From contig CAJNOF010000358.1 of NCBI GenBank assembly GCA_905250055.1, positions 74,575 through 88,960 on the forward strand: a stretch of 14,386 nt of DNA, read 5' to 3'. Made by a program: the position numbers and the translations under genes. This document shows, in pieces, positions 10,013 through 14,386 of this stretch (within the stretch, counting starts at the first letter, position 1; every line of letters starts with the position of its first letter). A model generated the notes under the pieces. The model ran no database searches and was not told the origin of the DNA. It worked only from the letters and a program-made list of their open reading frames with translations. The stretch is from Rotaria sp. (lineage: Eukaryota).

Positions 10013-10860
10013 GTAACAAACTGAAGTAAGACGCGAGGAAAATCTTGCTTTAAGATTTTTCTAAGGAAGAAAGCTGATTTGAGTTTTTGATCCAAGGTCA
10101 ATGTGTGGAATCACTACAGGATCATTTCATAAACACATCTAGTTTTTATTGGTAAGAGACGAAGCCAAGATTTCTATTCATTTTTATTAGTCTCACTGCC
10201 AGCAACACGAATATGAAGTGCTTTTCTACATATTTTACTTCCTTTCCAAGAAAATTAATTTTTAAAAGAAAATCGAATGTTTTTTCTAAAATGGCAACAT
10301 TATTCTCCTCTAAAACTTTCAATTTCGACTCAACTACAGTAAAAATTCATCAGTATAGGTAAAAGTTATCGAAGAATCGGCTGGCAGACCATTGAGGTAT
10401 GGGAAACATTTCTATAGAATTTTTCAAAAACCTACTCCACTAGAAAAGCTCATTGAAAGGTTTGCCTTTTTCGCGAACTTCAGCAATTGAATTTTTTGCT
10501 CAAAAGATCTTTTAAAAAAGTAAAAACTAATTTTTCTAATACACTTACGTGCACTATCTTCAATCATATTTAACAAATGAAAAAACCTAGTATCCTGTGA
10601 TTTTGAATTTCTCGCACCTTACTTTGTAAATGTAGTTTTGGGGTCACATAAACAAGTTTCTCTCAACCCTTTTTCCAGAAAAGCTTTTTGATGGTTATTT
10701 TAGATAGTGAAACCCAATATAGCCGAGTTTCAGGGGTACCCATACCAACTTGATTTAGTTTTTGTTCCAAGTGGAGGTTTCTACTAAGTGATGCTGACAA
10801 AGGACAATGTAAAACGACGAACGAAATTGTAGGCTTAAATTTCTTTTGAAAAAGTTTTAA

Positions 10861-11943
10861 CTAACCTAATATAGTTAATTGTTGAACCATTTCTTCTCTA
10901 AATTTTATATTTTGTTCTAATAGTGATGCGATTTTGTCTTTATATGCTTCTCTATTTTCAATCACTTGTTGTTTTCTCGCGTTTAATGTTTCAATCAACT
11001 CCATATCATTAATCGGTGCTTTCTCTATTTGTCTCGTAAACGTATTTAATTGTTGAGTATATTTTTCTAACTTTGAATAATGCTCATAAAGAACACGATC
11101 ACATCGATCCAGATGTTTATTCAGATTATAAATTCGATGTCGTTTTAGAATTTCTGGAATATGAGGTTCTATAGCTGAACTTGTACATATGGGATCAGTC
11201 GGTGTGTTTTGCGCGAGAACATTATCTATTACATAGTTTATAACATCGGAACCTGCTTGAGTGAGATTAGACGAAGTGGTGAATGTTAGCAAGATTTCAT
11301 AATCAGAAATTTTGGTTTCAGCTATATGAAGAATGGTATTTGGAATGAGTTCATGTTCTTCACCAATTTTCGGTTTGAACGTGTCATTTGAGAGTACTAT
11401 GGCTCGATGATACATGCCAATGTGTAAAACAACCGCATCTTCACAACCACCCGTGTGATCATAATACATTGAATTAGCTGCCGAAATAACCAGTACATGT
11501 CCACCTTCGATAAGACGAATAAACTCCAATTTGACCTGGTCACCATAACTTCCACTAATAATTCCAATATACTTCGATGGCGAAATAACCATCCCAACTG
11601 TTTTACATCCTTGATGTATGAAATAATCAATTAATACAACTATAATTCGTTGTGAAAAATTATCACCATCGATAATTATATTAACTTCGGAAAGTCGAGG
11701 ATTTGACGGAAAATCAATGTGGATTACGATGTCTGCCCAACAATGTTCTCGACTTATATCACAATCTCGTTTACCGTATGGGCTACAACGGCAAAAGCCA
11801 TTCGATTGGTAATGGTCACAATTCCATTTACATTTTGGGCAAATTTCACTCAATTCAAGACACTGACGTGTAAGGATTGAAAAAGTAGACATCTTTTTAA
11901 AAGGGTTCTCTGTACAATATGTAAAGCGTTGGTATTTATACAT
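10861..11943 (-). CDS. Putative NYN/PIN-type (Zc3h12a/Regnase-like) ribonuclease with N-terminal Cys/His-rich segment and C-terminal coiled-coil-like region; start more likely at the second Met (MSTFSILTRQ...)
   Basis: EVNIIIDGDNFSQRIIVVLIDYFIHQGCKTVGMVISPSKY...VLVISAANSMYYDHTGGCEDAVVLHIGMYHRAIVLSNDTFK follows the NYN layout (DGxN; helix-strand with hydrophobic V; C/YDD-like; A/VSND). Cys-rich CPKCKWNCDHYQSNGFCRCSPYGKRDC. Glu/Lys-rich C-terminus. Confidence 0.6.
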   Translation of the reverse strand: MYKYQRFTYCTENPFKKMSTFSILTRQCLELSEICPKCKWNCDHYQSNGFCRCSPYGKRDCDISREHCWADIVIHIDFPSNPRLSEVNIIIDGDNFSQRIIVVLIDYFIHQGCKTVGMVISPSKYIGIISGSYGDQVKLEFIRLIEGGHVLVISAANSMYYDHTGGCEDAVVLHIGMYHRAIVLSNDTFKPKIGEEHELIPNTILHIAETKISDYEILLTFTTSSNLTQAGSDVINYVIDNVLAQNTPTDPICTSSAIEPHIPEILKRHRIYNLNKHLDRCDRVLYEHYSKLEKYTQQLNTFTRQIEKAPINDMELIETLNARKQQVIENREAYKDKIASLLEQNIKFREEMVQQLTILG

Positions 11944-12293
11944 ATTAAAAGAACCATTATATATAAGTAATTGTCGAGGCTGATGTAATATTTCATGTGT
12001 CTCTGTAATTGCGCAACGGTGAAAAATATTTAAATTTACCTTTTTACTTTTATTGTTCTGTCTGTCAGTTTATCTCAAATATTTTTTCTTTCCTTTTGTT
12101 TGAATAATAACATATCAGATATTGCGCAATTACAGAGACATATGAAATATTATATTGCATCAGCCTCGACAATTACTCATATATAATGGTTCATTTAATA
12201 TGTAGAAATACCAACGGTTTACATATTAAAACAGAGAACTCTTAAAAATGTCTACTTTTTCAATCCTTACACGTCAGTGTCTTGAACTAAGTG
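11847..12293. repeat. Head-to-head inverted duplication: arms 11847-12016 and 12122-12293 around a spacer of about 105 bp
   Basis: Left: cactcaattcaagacactgacgtgtaaggattgaaaaagtagacat...cattatatataagtaattgtcgaggctgatgtaatatttcatgtgtctctgtaattgcgcaa. Right: ttgcgcaattacagagacatatgaaatattatattgcatcagcctcgacaattactcatatataatg...atgtctactttttcaatccttacacgtcagtgtcttgaactaagtg. Confidence 0.93.
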
Positions 12294-12361
12294 TACGAAA
12301 TGCAGACTTTTTCAGTTGCAATCCTTCTAGTTCCTCCTTGGAAGTAGCAAGAACCTTGGTT
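12246..12361 (+). pseudogene. Truncated 5' copy of the NYN-like gene (MSTFSILTRQCLELS, then unrelated sequence to a stop)
   Basis: atgtctactttttcaatccttacacgtcagtgtcttgaactaagtg is nearly identical to the start of the minus-strand gene; homology ends at about 12293. Confidence 0.8.
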
Positions 12362-12774
12362 TTTAGGTGACTAGTACAACTCACATGTGGCTCTCGAATG
12401 ACAAAAACCGAAACTTTTTAGCAATTTCTGTTCCTTAGTTATAAGCGATGAAATATTATCATGTACATCCGTATCAATAATTTTTTGAGGGAGTGTAAGT
12501 GTCCAGAACTCTTGAAAACACAGCGAATATTTATTTTCTTCGTACGCTCTAGGTACATAGATAGGGAGTCTTTGAACGATAGAAAGAATCCAGTATCACC
12601 AGAACGGCATATAAAGATTTTGCTAGGACAAATAAAGATCCCAGCAGAACATGATAAAAATTCTGACAAGAAAAATAAAAATTCGTTGGCAAAATAAAAT
12701 ACTGCTAGATCCTAGACAGATAAATAGCAAGCAAATGAACAAGCAAAGCAATCCATTCTCAGAAGAATGTCAGA

Positions 12775-12918
12775 TGTGTGTGTGTGGGTGGGTGTGGGTG
12801 CGGGTGTGAGTGTGGGTGGGTGTGGGTGGGGTGTGGATATGGTGGGGTGGGCGGGTTGTGGGGTGGGGGTGTGGGTGTGGATGGGTGTGAGTGTGGGTGT
12901 GTGGTGCGTATGAGTGTG
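12775..12918 (+). repeat. G/T-rich degenerate array with several TGTGGG units (telomere-like, G-strand on +)
   Basis: tgtgtgtgtgggtgggtgtgggtgcgggtgtgagtgtgggtgggtgtgggtggggtgtgg... read directly. Confidence 0.85.
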
Positions 12919-12939
12919 GATAATGATGAAGAGACTTCT

Positions 12940-13079
12940 CACACCCATACACACTCACACCCACACCCCACACCTCACACCTCACACCCACACTCACACC
13001 ACCCACACCACACCCATACCCACACCACACCCACACCCACACCACACCCACACCACACCCACACACTCACCCACACCCT
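12940..13079 (-). repeat. C/A-rich degenerate array (CCCACA units), reverse-complement partner of the G/T array (telomere-like, G-strand on -)
   Basis: cacccatacacactcacacccacaccccacacctcacacc...cacccacaccacacccacacactcacccacaccct read directly. Confidence 0.85.
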
Positions 13080-13084
13080 CAAGT

Positions 13085-13856
<772 letters not shown>

Positions 13857-14386
13857 AACAAAATAAGAATCGGACATTTTCTTTTTTTTTTCTTTTATCT
13901 ACTTGTTTCAAATGTGTGTGCTTTTTTTATTCTCTTTTGATTAATTTAGTGTTTAATATAAATAAATTAAATAATGTAATTCTCATTTCTTTATCTAATA
14001 AAGCTCAATAATAAGAAAAACTTCAGAGAGAAATTACCAATACGTTTTATTCTAAAGATAAATTTACTAGATTTCTAAAATTCCATTTTCGTCCTCAATC
14101 CATCAATACGACTAGGATTTCAACATAACTTAAACGATGCTTTCGTAAAAATTGTCTAATTCTCTGGATATGAATTCATGCATTATATGACTGTTTTTTC
14201 TTCTCGAAGGAGGATATAAAACTTATTCGATAATTTTTTACAATAAAATAATAGTAACATTGATCCTGTATTTAACATCTTTTGTACTATTAGTTAAGTT
14301 ATTGAGAATCATTTTCATGAAATATTTGTATAATGCTTCAATAATCGTTTCATAAAATATGAATAAGCGAACTCATATCGATGTAC

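Noticed and set aside
11397-11630. Minus ORF 11397-11630
   Set aside because: Alternate frame within the NYN-like coding region.
12775-13079. CRISPR-like array
   Set aside because: The repeats are simple-sequence GT/CA variants with no unique spacers, in a eukaryotic context.

Overview
AT-rich eukaryotic window, most likely a metazoan of the bdelloid-rotifer type (inferred from short GT-AG introns of about 41-67 nt, bacterial-type genes, and TGTGGG-rich arrays resembling bdelloid telomeric DNA). Supported contents, left to right: (1) a tRNA-like sequence at the extreme left edge (minus); (2) an apparently intact two-exon gene (minus, 1729-3174) for a flavin-dependent monooxygenase that matches the bacterial trimethylamine monooxygenase (Tmm) type; (3) a decayed Helitron-type transposon ORF (plus, about 3688-7131) with the PIF1-like helicase half recognisable, an in-frame stop, a frameshift and an internal deletion just after Walker A; (4) an end-like motif of an unassigned DNA transposon at about 8095; (5) an intronless 279-aa ORF (minus, 8779-9618) with a possible nucleotidyltransferase motif; (6) a foldback element of about 380 bp with hammerhead-ribozyme-like core sequence (9634-10012); (7) a 360-aa ORF (minus, 10861-11943) that looks like a Zc3h12a/NYN-type RNase with a Cys-rich N-terminus, whose 5' end and upstream region are duplicated head-to-head (11847-12016 / 12122-12293); (8) head-to-head G/T-rich and C/A-rich telomere-like arrays (12775-13079), directly abutting (9) a 5'-truncated, nonsense-mutated putrescine aminotransferase (patA-like) pseudogene (13085-13856). 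No CRISPR array or recognisable prokaryotic defence operon was seen. The most interesting signals are the inverted structures clustered in 11.8-13.1 kb, the truncated bacterial gene beside them, and the two atypical genes (NYN-like and NTase-like). All family assignments are from recalled motifs and were not checked by database search.
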